This document shows, piece by piece, positions 8,200 through 18,700 of a stretch of 54,420 bases of DNA. The stretch is from a virus (Duplodnaviria > Caudoviricetes): positions 1 through 54,420 of IMG/VR virus record IMGVR_UViG_3300030085_003649, one strand, 5' to 3'. The notes under the pieces are model-generated. The model worked only from the letters and a program-made list of their open reading frames with translations. It had not been told where the DNA came from and ran no database searches. The position numbers and the translations under genes were made by a program. How positions within the stretch are numbered: position 1 is the stretch's first letter; every line of letters begins with the position of its first letter.

Positions 8200-8734
8200 G
8201 ATAACGTTCCGGAGAGAGATAATGTTCTGGTTGATGTCTATGAGGCGGTTCTGGCATTACAACTGCCCAAGGATCATCCATATGAACATCCGTCGAAAGA
8301 TCTCTCAATCTCCTTCTATACAATGCCCATTCTTTTTGCATCTCTTCAGGAATGTCTAAACACTGAGTCCAATCAGTTTCCCTTAAAAGAAAGTCTCTCT
8401 CAGCTCTAATCTTATTCCATCTAACTTCTATTTCGTGAGCAGTAAAATCCATAGTTTCTCCATTATTGAAAACGTAAACACCATTTTCCCAATCCCACCT
8501 CAAATTGTTCTCTGAATAATTGGGAGGATCATCACAACGGTAGTATCCTAATTTAGCCAAACTGCCAATATCATTATTATCGTACAATTTCCAAAGATCG
8601 GCAATTACATATCCAGTTTTATCCGTATGGTATCTAGGTAGAGCTTCCGGTCTTTCTCCAAAATAACTAAATTTAGGTACTCTCAACATGTAGTAATTGG
8701 ATTTTTTCCAATCTTCATTCACCTGTTCATACAT
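8174..8734 (-). CDS. tail fibre assembly chaperone
   Basis: IRAERDFLLRETDWTQ..D...EWALYRRRLRDL...P.PP motif, downstream of a fibre gene. Confidence 0.8.
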   Translation of the reverse strand: MYEQVNEDWKKSNYYMLRVPKFSYFGERPEALPRYHTDKTGYVIADLWKLYDNNDIGSLAKLGYYRCDDPPNYSENNLRWDWENGVYVFNNGETMDFTAHEIEVRWNKIRAERDFLLRETDWTQCLDIPEEMQKEWALYRRRLRDLSTDVHMDDPWAVVMPEPPHRHQPEHYLSPERYHDMQIPYV

Positions 8735-8735
8735 T

Positions 8736-10214
8736 TTATGTGCCTACCAAATAAAGTGTGATGTTTCCGTGTGGATATTCCATTGTATTGCCAGCGTTTG
8801 CTACGTTTGAGTTTACTCCTAAGTTATTATAAGTTCCTTTCGGTGTTTGACAATTTGGTCTTTGTGAGTGGTTACCCCAATATGGATCTCCACTATTACA
8901 TGGAGTTGCTTGATAACTATGACTATGACTCGTAAAAGCAAAGTTCTGACCTGTTCCAGCAATGTTACCACCAGTAGAGGAGGAATAGTTACTTAAGTGA
9001 GATCTATTACTCTGGTCTGGATCTTGTCCTCTACCACGATCGGTGGCTCGTAAATATCTTCCATCACAATCAAAAGCCTGAATAGTGCTACCAGATTTAA
9101 ATCCAGACTCAATGCTGGCTTGAATATCCGAACTTCCAGTGAATGTTTGTCCGTTAAATTCATAGAAGACAGCACTACCAACTGTTTTAGTGCTATCATT
9201 AAATCCACAGATGATAACTTCACCTTGTGCTATGCCGACTTCTTCCGTGGCAACATAACAATGAAATGCGACATTACTAGGTCTATTTTCATTTCCAGGA
9301 GATTGAGATGCTGAACTTGTATTGAATCCACTGGTATTAGTTCCTTTGCAGGAGTTACCACTAGTGTCTAATCTACTGACTGAGTTTTGAGTACAGTTGA
9401 AAAATGGTCCGTGTCTATGAGATGGGAAATTTGTATTTGTAGTTGTAGTGCCAGGTTTACTAAAACCAGTATTACACTTCATAAACATTCCCCTAACATC
9501 AGGAACATTAAAGGTGCTACCACCACCGCCGTAAGAGGTTCCTACTACAGCATAAAGAGTAGAATAAGTTGATTGAGAAAGACTGCTATTGTCAGCCGGA
9601 ACTAACTGAGTTCTAGTGTCGGTATAAAAAGAGTCTTGATTAGCAGTAAAAACCAAAGCCCCGGCGGGGACGGCTGCATCCGCCATGGCAATGATGGGGA
9701 GAAAGTCTCTGTTCATGGGTGCAGCTTCATTTGCTCCCTCGTAAGAGGTAAATGCTGGTGAGTTTCCAATAGAGTTGGAACTACCAGGATCAGCACCAGG
9801 ACGACACTGTTGATTATTATTTCCGGCAGTGATTGTTCCATGAAAATGTTGTTTCATCACCCAACCAGTATTGGTTCCACTCGCTCCATTATTATGTTGC
9901 AGGTAGAGTCCATTCAAACTGGGCAAGTTTCCAGACCCGAAGTTACTTCCGATGTTTGAATGTAATTGAGCGTAAGTGCTTGTGTCGTAACTCGCGCCAT
10001 TACAAATTGAATATCCGGTAGGAGCAGAGTTTCCCAGATACAGAAAAATAGTTCCGGCAGGGACATTGGCTCCACCGGCACTAGGAGCAAAAAATTCTCT
10101 CCAAGATCCACCATCTTTAATGTTTCCGCTAGTGATCTCTCTCCAAGATCCACCATCTTTAACATTAAGACCGGTCATTTCTCTGAATGAACCGCCATCC
10201 TTTACTGCTGACAT
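8736..10214 (-). CDS. tail fibre tip/adhesin with three tandem collar-like + HxH units
   Basis: PAGTIFLY..APTGYSICNG..Y.QL..IG, PAGALVF..Y.TLYAVVG..FNVPDVRGMF and a third degenerate unit, with HFH/HRH/HSH motifs. Three N-terminal KDGGS(F/W)RE repeats. Confidence 0.8.
   Translation of the reverse strand: MSAVKDGGSFREMTGLNVKDGGSWREITSGNIKDGGSWREFFAPSAGGANVPAGTIFLYLGNSAPTGYSICNGASYDTSTYAQLHSNIGSNFGSGNLPSLNGLYLQHNNGASGTNTGWVMKQHFHGTITAGNNNQQCRPGADPGSSNSIGNSPAFTSYEGANEAAPMNRDFLPIIAMADAAVPAGALVFTANQDSFYTDTRTQLVPADNSSLSQSTYSTLYAVVGTSYGGGGSTFNVPDVRGMFMKCNTGFSKPGTTTTNTNFPSHRHGPFFNCTQNSVSRLDTSGNSCKGTNTSGFNTSSASQSPGNENRPSNVAFHCYVATEEVGIAQGEVIICGFNDSTKTVGSAVFYEFNGQTFTGSSDIQASIESGFKSGSTIQAFDCDGRYLRATDRGRGQDPDQSNRSHLSNYSSSTGGNIAGTGQNFAFTSHSHSYQATPCNSGDPYWGNHSQRPNCQTPKGTYNNLGVNSNVANAGNTMEYPHGNITLYLVGT
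10096..10205 (-). repeat. 42-nt-period coding repeat x3 (KDGGS[F/W]RE)
   Basis: ctctccaagatccaccatcttta occurs twice exactly, plus a third degenerate copy. Confidence 0.8.
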
Positions 10215-10217
10215 TTT

Positions 10218-11048
10218 TTAACTCTCCTTCTTGAAATACTCAGTTGGGTAGTGTGGTTCTTTTGGCCATTCAACATTATATATATCCGTCAGTTTTGACG
10301 GCAGGTCTCTCAACTCTTGTCTATATGATTTCAACTCATCACTAACTTCCCAACCCTTTTCGATAGCGAGAATGAAAGCGAAATCAGTGTATCTTAACAG
10401 TTCATTTCTGTCAGCAATGACAACTTGACGTTGTTCAAACTCCGATACAGGTCCATTGTCAACTTTTGAATATGTTACATGAATCTCATCTTCTGTTTCA
10501 TCCCACTCATCAATGGGGTTTTCCATATAAGTTTCTTGGTGTTTTTGACCAAGAACAAGTTTAGGAATTGGTGCGTTTTTTACAATTTTTTTAAGTTTAT
10601 ATTCTACCTTAATTAAGGTTCTATCGTCAAGTTTCTCCGATGTTTCGCCAACTTTACGACAAATATATTGATCAAGATCATAATCTTGAGGTTTGGAGTC
10701 TATAGTCTCGATAACAGTATATGTTGCATAGATGTTAAACTCTTCACCGGCTCTCACATGCCACTCTGCGGGTGGATTCATCTGAACAGATATTTTAGCA
10801 CCCTCATTCAGTGGAGTAAATTCAGTTTGAACTATCTGAAGATAACCAACATTTCTATACAGATATTCATCAGTAACATATGCACCACCATCAAAAACCC
10901 ATCGGGGGTGTGGGATTACTCCCCCATCTGGTTTTAGATATTTTTTTGAAGTTTGTTCTAATGTTTCATTTTTCTCAGGAATCACATCCGGTAACCAATA
11001 TCGGTCGGGGTGATCTGATTCCGGATGTGGATCATCTATCCAAGGCAT
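10218..11048 (-). CDS. tail fibre assembly chaperone-domain protein
   Basis: C-terminal DRNELLRYTDF...YRQELRDLP...WP..P motif. GGAGG SD and ATAAATA late promoter (11072-11078). Confidence 0.7.
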   Translation of the reverse strand: MPWIDDPHPESDHPDRYWLPDVIPEKNETLEQTSKKYLKPDGGVIPHPRWVFDGGAYVTDEYLYRNVGYLQIVQTEFTPLNEGAKISVQMNPPAEWHVRAGEEFNIYATYTVIETIDSKPQDYDLDQYICRKVGETSEKLDDRTLIKVEYKLKKIVKNAPIPKLVLGQKHQETYMENPIDEWDETEDEIHVTYSKVDNGPVSEFEQRQVVIADRNELLRYTDFAFILAIEKGWEVSDELKSYRQELRDLPSKLTDIYNVEWPKEPHYPTEYFKKES

Positions 11049-11077
11049 TATAAAACCTCCATCTTGTCAATTATTTA

Positions 11078-13735
11078 TTATGAATACTGATACCAGATGT
11101 CACCATTTGCTCCACCAGATGGCGAAGAAGTGCTGACAGTTCTAGTACCGTAAGCATTAGATGTTGCAGAGATTGTAATCGTATTACTAGAATACGTTAT
11201 CTGTGCAGTACCAGTGTAAGAAGTATGGGTGACTGTAATTGGCAGTGCGGTTAAATTAGCAGCAGATCCACTAAATGCCGTTGCAGTGAGAAGTCCAGTA
11301 GATGGGTTGTAAGTTAAACCCGTATCAGTCTCGGCACCCTGGGTTCCTGTTGCACCGTCAACAAATACTGGATAAACAGTCTCGTTCGTGCTGTTATTAG
11401 CAGTAACTGTAAAGTTAGTTGCTTCAGTAGCGGTAGAAGAGTTTCCGGTGAGAGCACCAGTAAATGTGGTGGCATAAACATTAGCAAACGCAGTGCCACT
11501 AGCACCAAGATCTCTTGTGTTATTTGCTTCAGGTAACATATTACCTGATATAGTTACACCGCCAGCTGAGGTTTCAAATTTCTTAGTGTCATCATAATTA
11601 AGTTCAACTGCTCCATTACCAACAAACTTTGCAGCCGTTTCACCACCTTGCACTTGAATAAAAACATCATCAACAGCAGTCAAGTAGATATCATCACCAG
11701 ATCCAGTGGTTCTGAGTCTTAAATCTCCTACATCGGTATCTACATATGAATCAGTACCATTGTGATATAGTTGTAAATCATCACCAGCACCAGCAGTGAA
11801 CTTACCGCTGTCATTTTGAATAGAAACATTACCACCAGAAGTAACACGAACTCTTTCTGCGGAAGCTGTGCCCAATCTCATACTATCATCATCATGATAA
11901 TATTCAATAAATCCTGAATATCTATCAGTACCACTTCCGTCAGTGCTATCACCGAACGCTAAAGTTCCAAATCCATCAGTGGCACTTGCAACAGTAATAC
12001 CTCTGTTTCCAGATGCATCACCAACAATAATGTCATCCATATTTGGATGAGCAACATTGACAGTTCCGCCAACATAAAAACGTCCACTCGAATCTATGCG
12101 AGATCTTTCTGTTGGTGATGCTGCCCCGTCGGCTGTTGTAGCGAACACAAGCCTTCCTGGCATATCATTGCTGCCAGTATCTGCGTCTACTTCTGCTTTG
12201 ATTAATGCTGCAGTGCTGTTGTAATCAGTGCCATCATCACCCCTAAAAGTAATCGATCCAATTACGTCATCGTCATTCAACTTGGTGAAAGATCCATAAG
12301 TTGTATTCCTAGACTTTGAAAGGGTGATACTTGAACCACTTGCGTCAGCGACTCCTCTGTGAACCTGTGCTCCTGGGTCGCCGATAACTTGTAGGAAGGC
12401 ACCAAGGCCAGAACTAGAATTTTCCCCAATTATCAACCTTTGACTGGAATCAACACGAAGTGCCTCACTACCACCAGTCTCTACAGTAAATGTATCAGCA
12501 GCAGGGAATCTTATTGCAGTATTAGTGTCACCTGTATGGACAATCTTGTCTGCAATAGAGAAATCACCCGATGCACCACTAGCGTCAGATGCAGTTCCTG
12601 AGAAAGTACCGGAGAAGGTAGTAGCAGTAAGAATACCGGTGACAACTAAACCAGTGCTTGTGGTTTCAAGTTTCTTGGCGCCATTGTGGAAAAGTTCTAC
12701 GGCACCATTTTCAATGAAATTGGCCATAGTCTCAGTATCACCAGCATCCGTAATTACAAGTTTACTTGAATTGATATAAAGATTGCCTGTGCCAGAATCT
12801 TTAATGTAACTATCATCACCATCATGATAAAGTTGTAAATCTTGTCCCGTACCAAGTCTTAATCTATCATCATCAAGTAAGTCTACATTGGCAGTAAAAG
12901 TGGCTCCTGCACCAGTAACGTGCATGAATCCGGAGACACTTAAGTTGTCATCAATGGTGGTAGTTCCACCAGCAGAGTCTATGGTTAAATTACCAGATGA
13001 AGTGTCAAGTTCATTATTAGCGGTAATACCGAGTTGAATGTTATCAATAGTGGCACCACCGTTAGCATCTATTGCTCCAGTGAATGTGGTGATACCACCA
13101 ACAGTAAAGTTAGAAGTAACATCAAGACTCGTAGCAGCAATACCTGCGATTGCAACAGAACTGGAGTCTAAAGTACCATCAATACGAACGTTTCCTTTAA
13201 CATAAAAAACAGTATCTCCAGTACCAACAACGCTGAATCTATATGGAGCAGTGTCAGTACCAATAGCAACCTGACCACCTTGAGTGGTTTGGAAGATAGT
13301 TCCACCCGTTCCAATAATCAATCTATTGGATAATGTGGTGATACCAGTTACATTTAATCCTTGGTTTAGTCGTAAAAATCCCTCATGAGTTGACATACCA
13401 ACTGCTCTGAAGTTGGTTACGGATGTCATACCCGTGTTATTAAACCTCTCGGTTACATCAATCCTACTATATGTACTACCAGCACTAACTGATAAGTTTG
13501 TGACAGCAAGTCCAACAAACGTTGCAATACCAGCAGCGTTAATGAATTCTAATCCTTGGTTCAATACAAGATTGTCCGCAGTGACTGTAGTAGCAATAAT
13601 GCCACCACGAACATCTAAATTATCTCTCGGCGTTGTTGTCGCAATGCCAGTTCTTCTATTAACATGATCAACAAATAACGTATCGGTATCAACTTCAAGA
13701 CCATTTTTGACAACAAAATTCTTAGATATGGCCAT
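11078..13735 (-). CDS. long tail fibre protein
   Basis: MAISKNFVVKNGLEV start, G/T/S-rich. Repeated DLQLYH.G.DSY and GAVEL..G.KK.ETTS units, ER.RI.SSG repeats, C-terminal PSGG.NGDIWYQY. CTAAATA promoter at 13774-13780. Confidence 0.85.
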   Translation of the reverse strand: MAISKNFVVKNGLEVDTDTLFVDHVNRRTGIATTTPRDNLDVRGGIIATTVTADNLVLNQGLEFINAAGIATFVGLAVTNLSVSAGSTYSRIDVTERFNNTGMTSVTNFRAVGMSTHEGFLRLNQGLNVTGITTLSNRLIIGTGGTIFQTTQGGQVAIGTDTAPYRFSVVGTGDTVFYVKGNVRIDGTLDSSSVAIAGIAATSLDVTSNFTVGGITTFTGAIDANGGATIDNIQLGITANNELDTSSGNLTIDSAGGTTTIDDNLSVSGFMHVTGAGATFTANVDLLDDDRLRLGTGQDLQLYHDGDDSYIKDSGTGNLYINSSKLVITDAGDTETMANFIENGAVELFHNGAKKLETTSTGLVVTGILTATTFSGTFSGTASDASGASGDFSIADKIVHTGDTNTAIRFPAADTFTVETGGSEALRVDSSQRLIIGENSSSGLGAFLQVIGDPGAQVHRGVADASGSSITLSKSRNTTYGSFTKLNDDDVIGSITFRGDDGTDYNSTAALIKAEVDADTGSNDMPGRLVFATTADGAASPTERSRIDSSGRFYVGGTVNVAHPNMDDIIVGDASGNRGITVASATDGFGTLAFGDSTDGSGTDRYSGFIEYYHDDDSMRLGTASAERVRVTSGGNVSIQNDSGKFTAGAGDDLQLYHNGTDSYVDTDVGDLRLRTTGSGDDIYLTAVDDVFIQVQGGETAAKFVGNGAVELNYDDTKKFETSAGGVTISGNMLPEANNTRDLGASGTAFANVYATTFTGALTGNSSTATEATNFTVTANNSTNETVYPVFVDGATGTQGAETDTGLTYNPSTGLLTATAFSGSAANLTALPITVTHTSYTGTAQITYSSNTITISATSNAYGTRTVSTSSPSGGANGDIWYQYS

Positions 13736-13791
13736 TGGAGTTCACTCTCCCCCCGGTTATGTTTTATTAAAACTATTTAGTAAAAATAACC

Positions 13792-15318
13792 CTAGCCAAC
13801 GACTGTCCACCCTTTAGCAGCAGCGAGATCAACTAAACTCTGTTTGTCATATGTGTTATGTTGAACGTTATTATGGAAAGTAGTGTAACTACTATATCCA
13901 TATATTTGAGCAACTGCTTCAGCAAGACCTCTAGTTCTTCCACCGAAACTACTACTACTTGTCTGACGGCCTCCACCTCTGCCGCCGCCACCGCCGCCTC
14001 CGCCGCCACGACGGCCGCCACGTTGGAAAGTAGTTTCTGCGGGTCTAGACACCAATGTTGGCGATGTAAATGTTATACCATCCAATAAATCTCCAGTATA
14101 AATTTTTATCACCGCAAAACCATTGCCTTCAAATTGACCCTCGCCGGAATTTATTTCGGTTCTCGGATTATCGGGGTGGCCACCCTGTTGATTATCAACT
14201 AAAACAATGTTGTCGTCAGCCCATCCTGATCCGCCGCCACCTCCACCAGTGCCATTAGAACCACCGCCACCATAGTAACCACCACCGCCACCTCCACCAG
14301 AGGATCCGGATGGTGGAGCAGCATTTCCTCTTCCGGAGGCACCATTTCTAAAGGTAGCAGATCCGCAATCATTTTTAGGACATGTCCATAATGAATCATA
14401 CCTAGCTCCATTTCTATATTCTCCAGCACTAGACAAATTTGAACCATATCCATGTGAAGGACCGTCACCATTAGATGCCGCTACATTGCATCCACCACCA
14501 TCACCTCCATTGCCTTCTTTTCCGCCACCGCCGCCTCCGCCACAAACAGCGAAGACTCTATTTCCAATATAAATTATACTCATACCACCACCAAGTCCAC
14601 CTTCATTATCTTTCATGCCAGTAGGTGTACTCTGTGGACCATACAAAGAGTTACCAGTATTATATCCAATACTAGCCCAATCTGTTGCCGCTAACTTAAC
14701 TGTATATTCTTGACCTTTAAGCATAGTAAAGTAACAATATGCTGTTCCACCTCTTCCACCTTCTCCGCCGGTGCTGCCTCTCTTGTAACAATTTCCGTTT
14801 CCTCCACCCATGTAAACTTCAACGTTTACGTTAGATTCCGTAGGAACAACTCTAGTTTCTGCCTCTCCATTATATTTACCGACTTGATACGGAGTACCGG
14901 TAGATCCGTTAGTTTTTGCACCGGTTCTAGCTTTTGATGGGTACAAAGTTACACCATCATCATATTCAGATATGTTTATTCTTTCTGTGACAAGATTACT
15001 AGTATCGTTATTGACAGCCTTTCTAGTAAATGTCAAAAATGCGGCGGGAGGTTGAAATTCAATTTCCGCAATATTTGATATGGCAGATCCAGCAGTCTCG
15101 TGTTCAACTAGACACCAATAGTCAGCAGTTTCCGTGACAACGATTCTACTAGTTTTACTACCCTGAGTTCTTTGGTACAAAGTATCGTCGGCACCATCTT
15201 CACTTCCAGCAACTCTCTTATACCAATTATATGTAACCAGGTTGTAAGAGTTGTCAGAAACCTCTGTCGTCAACGTAAGTGCGACTCTTGACCCATTGGG
15301 AAATCTGTAATTTGCCAT
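13792..15318 (-). CDS. glycine-rich virion/adhesin protein with an N-terminal Ig-like segment
   Basis: TYNWY...YWCLV Ig-like strands, followed by multiple poly-Gly runs (GGGGGGG, GGGGGGGYYGGGG) typical of polyglycine adhesin domains. Confidence 0.7.
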   Translation of the reverse strand: MANYRFPNGSRVALTLTTEVSDNSYNLVTYNWYKRVAGSEDGADDTLYQRTQGSKTSRIVVTETADYWCLVEHETAGSAISNIAEIEFQPPAAFLTFTRKAVNNDTSNLVTERINISEYDDGVTLYPSKARTGAKTNGSTGTPYQVGKYNGEAETRVVPTESNVNVEVYMGGGNGNCYKRGSTGGEGGRGGTAYCYFTMLKGQEYTVKLAATDWASIGYNTGNSLYGPQSTPTGMKDNEGGLGGGMSIIYIGNRVFAVCGGGGGGGKEGNGGDGGGCNVAASNGDGPSHGYGSNLSSAGEYRNGARYDSLWTCPKNDCGSATFRNGASGRGNAAPPSGSSGGGGGGGYYGGGGSNGTGGGGGGSGWADDNIVLVDNQQGGHPDNPRTEINSGEGQFEGNGFAVIKIYTGDLLDGITFTSPTLVSRPAETTFQRGGRRGGGGGGGGGRGGGRQTSSSSFGGRTRGLAEAVAQIYGYSSYTTFHNNVQHNTYDKQSLVDLAAAKGWTVVG

Positions 15319-15323
15319 GTTTG

Positions 15324-15776
15324 TTATTCTTCAGCGGAACCAATAGAACCAATAGTGAGAGATGGATGAACAATTAAGGTTGCAGTATCACTATCAACAT
15401 AGTCAATTGGTGCAGGTGGAGTTGGATTCTCCGTAGCAATTCCAGTGTAAGTCGGAGTGAAAGTAGCTTTCAAATAAAACTGTCTCTCATCATCATCCGG
15501 ATTGATCGGATTATCAATCGTCAATACAGTTGTTGCAGCTCCGGTGACTGTAATGTTACCTGAGGAAACCACTGGACTGGTTCCCTCATACCACTGGTAA
15601 GAAAAACTACCACTACCACTATTATCAGCACTATTAAATTGCACTGTAGCAATGCCAGTAAATGTGGCAGTGCTACCGTTAGAAACTGTTGCGTCAGTTG
15701 GTTGAATTGCAATAGAAATAGTTGGAGCGTTATAGTTTAAATGTGTGGACTGCCTTCTAAAAAATGTATTTCTCAT
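15324..15776 (-). CDS. Ig-like domain virion protein
   Basis: P.I..QP...TV..G.TATF...A....SYQWY....LTI.....FY.......S..ATL.V is an Ig I-set-like pattern. GTAAATA upstream. Confidence 0.7.
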   Translation of the reverse strand: MRNTFFRRQSTHLNYNAPTISIAIQPTDATVSNGSTATFTGIATVQFNSADNSGSGSFSYQWYEGTSPVVSSGNITVTGAATTVLTIDNPINPDDDERQFYLKATFTPTYTGIATENPTPPAPIDYVDSDTATLIVHPSLTIGSIGSAEE

Positions 15777-15787
15777 ACCTATTTACC

Positions 15788-18700
15788 TCAAATTGCGGTT
15801 GCAAAGTTTTGTCCACTGACAAGACCATATAAAGTAGATCCAGAATCAAAAGTGGTGAAGGTATAGATGTCAATCTTATTGGCTGCGGTGGTAACTTGTG
15901 GAAGTAATCCACCACCCCAATAAACACTGACTGGGTTACCACCAGAATCCTTGAATGTAGAAATTCCAACTGTACGTCCACCCGTAGAATCTTGAACCAA
16001 CTTAATGGTGAAAGATGTAGATCCTGTTGGTGGGTTGGTAATCTGGAAGAAAGAAATATTCTCCGTCAGACTAAGATTGAACGTGTTGCCCTTGGAGAGG
16101 TCAACAGTTACCTCACCACTACTACTTGTAAGAGTTACAACTGGTTCAAAGTAAGTGGTCAATCTAGTAGAACCACCCAAATCAATCTGAGCAGAATCTC
16201 TTACAGTTGCAGTTCTAATACCGACCGTTCCATTAGCAGCAAAGATAGAATCTTTTGCAGAAAGTGAAGTCGCGGCAGTGACAATTCCAGCGTAAATTGT
16301 GCCAACACCCGCAGAAGAGGCAGTTAAGTCAAACTGATTTGCACTTAAGATTCCAGCAACATTTGCTCTGTGAATCATGCTGACAGTTCCAATGAACTTA
16401 GATTGTCCATTGTTCAATACTGTCACCGTGTTAAGTGCAGTACCTTGTGTGCTACCAATCGTCAGTAAGTTACTAACGGTAGTGGTTCCGATACCAACAC
16501 TTGCACCAGTGGTAATACCTGTACTATTGGAAACCCAGAAGGAATCAACAGGAAGATTTGTTAATCCTTGTCCATTTCCGTAGAAGATGGATGCGGTGAG
16601 AGATCCAGCAATAGAAACTACATCTCTAACATCCAAATCAGCGATTGGATTTGTAGTGCCTATGCCAACAGAACCTGCAGCAGAAACGACAACAACATCA
16701 GATCCACTTCCATTTACTTGGAATAATGAAGTATCTAAGATACTTGTGGTTCCAATACCAACTTGATCGAATCTATACTTATTGGTAGATACATCATCAG
16801 AAATTGCACCCCATCTTCTCCACTCATTATTCTCAGTAAATATCCAACCAGCATATTGACCGGTAGAAGGAACAGAACTAAACGTAATATCACCAGGAGT
16901 TCCGTTGATTGTTGGTGTGGTAGTTCCTACACTAATCTTTCTAGAGACAGCAGCATTACCTTGTAAGAAGAGGTTTACTGCTTCCATACCCCTCGCAGAG
17001 GAAGAGGTAATTTTCTCGTTGAAGTTTACAGGACCGTCAAAGATAGAAACACTGGTTCCATCAGTTCCACCTTCAACTTTGAGTGCCTTAGCAATGGTAA
17101 CATCATCAGGAGTAAGAGAACTTGCAAACTCTTCCTTCTGAGGATCTTCTTCACCAACAACCTTAGAGATTGGTGTGTTGAAGGTAAATTCTTCACCAGT
17201 GGTAAGACTTAAGATATTACCAATGTAGAAGTCACCCTTATTATTCATTCCAGTGTAGTTGACCAGACCACCATCCAATCTTCTAGCCTGTGATCTGAAC
17301 GATTCTGCAGGAGTAAGAACTCTATCCTGTTTCTCTGGCAGAGCAGTAGAGTAGTTACCAGGACCAAATCCAACGTATTCAAATGTATGTCCAGAAGCAC
17401 GAATGATGGAGTTTCTTCTCAATCCAATTGGAATTGGTTTGAGTTTAGTAACTACAGATCCGGTGAGGTGAGTTGTAGCTTTGGTTCCAAATAAACCACG
17501 GAATACCGACGTTACGTTAGTATTTCTAACTCTCATGATTTCATCATCAACCATGATGTAATCACCCAATTTCAATCCACTAGAGGATGCGTTAGTAATA
17601 GAGATAGTGGTGGTAGTGGCAGTAGCCATTGCACCAGAAAGCGTAGTGGTGATACCAGCATTGGTTGGAACCATTCTACCACCAACATTCTCATTACCAA
17701 GGGTAATTGCACCACTGTTGTTAGACATACCTCTTGGGAAGATGTACATCTGAGAATCTTTTGTGGTCGAATATTGTGGTGCATATGTGTTAACACCAAC
17801 ATGCAGAGCAACAGATGTAATACCACTTACACCCAGAACTGTGTGATCACCATCTAAGAATGTTGCACCAGTTCCAACAACCTTTACAACCTGTCCAGGT
17901 CTAAAGGCATGAGCATTGCTGGTGGTAAAGGTTGCAACACCTGCAACATTATCATATCCGATTCCGGTATCTGTTACTTTCGCAGCATCACCAACAATGG
18001 TGAATGTTCCAATATCAGAAACCTCATTAAACATACCACGCACTGCTGGCGTGACAACTGTTTCTCTAGTGGCGACTTGGAACTTGGTATGAGTCGAAAC
18101 ACCAGTAATCCTAAAGAGACCGTTGTAATCATTATAAGTATCAGATCTTACACCAGATACTCTGATTACCTTATCGATTGCATTATCGATCTTGGTAACA
18201 GTGACCATACCCTCAACATAACCACTGGTTGTTGCAGTTCCAGTAACAGCCATTGTCTGACCAATAGCATATGCAGAACCAGGGTCAATGATGGTAACTC
18301 CGGTGATTCCACCAGCAGCATCAACAGTGATGTTTGCTGTTGCACTTCTACCAATGGTTCCACTTGCACCGACCAATCTAGCATTATGTAAGGTTGCAGA
18401 AACTCCACTACCATATCCTGATCCGGAGTTTCCAATACTTACAGCGACAACACCATTCAACTTGTGTTCTACATCAGTAAAGATAGTGTGTGCAGTACCA
18501 ACGGCAGTGGAGAAAATATCAGTAACGGCAACACCAACTCCAGAATCCCAGAGCATACAATCTAAAGACTCTCTGGTGATACTTCTACGAATGTCATCAC
18601 TGACAACTTTTGCTAATTCATCGGACTTAGCGTAACTTCTAGTTGCAACAGGATCACTATCTGGATTATCCCTATCCATCTGAGGATAAAGATCTTCTAA

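Noticed and set aside
10096-10205. Regularly spaced direct repeats resembling a mini-CRISPR array
   Set aside because: The 42-nt period is in frame and encodes KDGGSWRE peptide repeats. There are only 2-3 copies and no cas genes.
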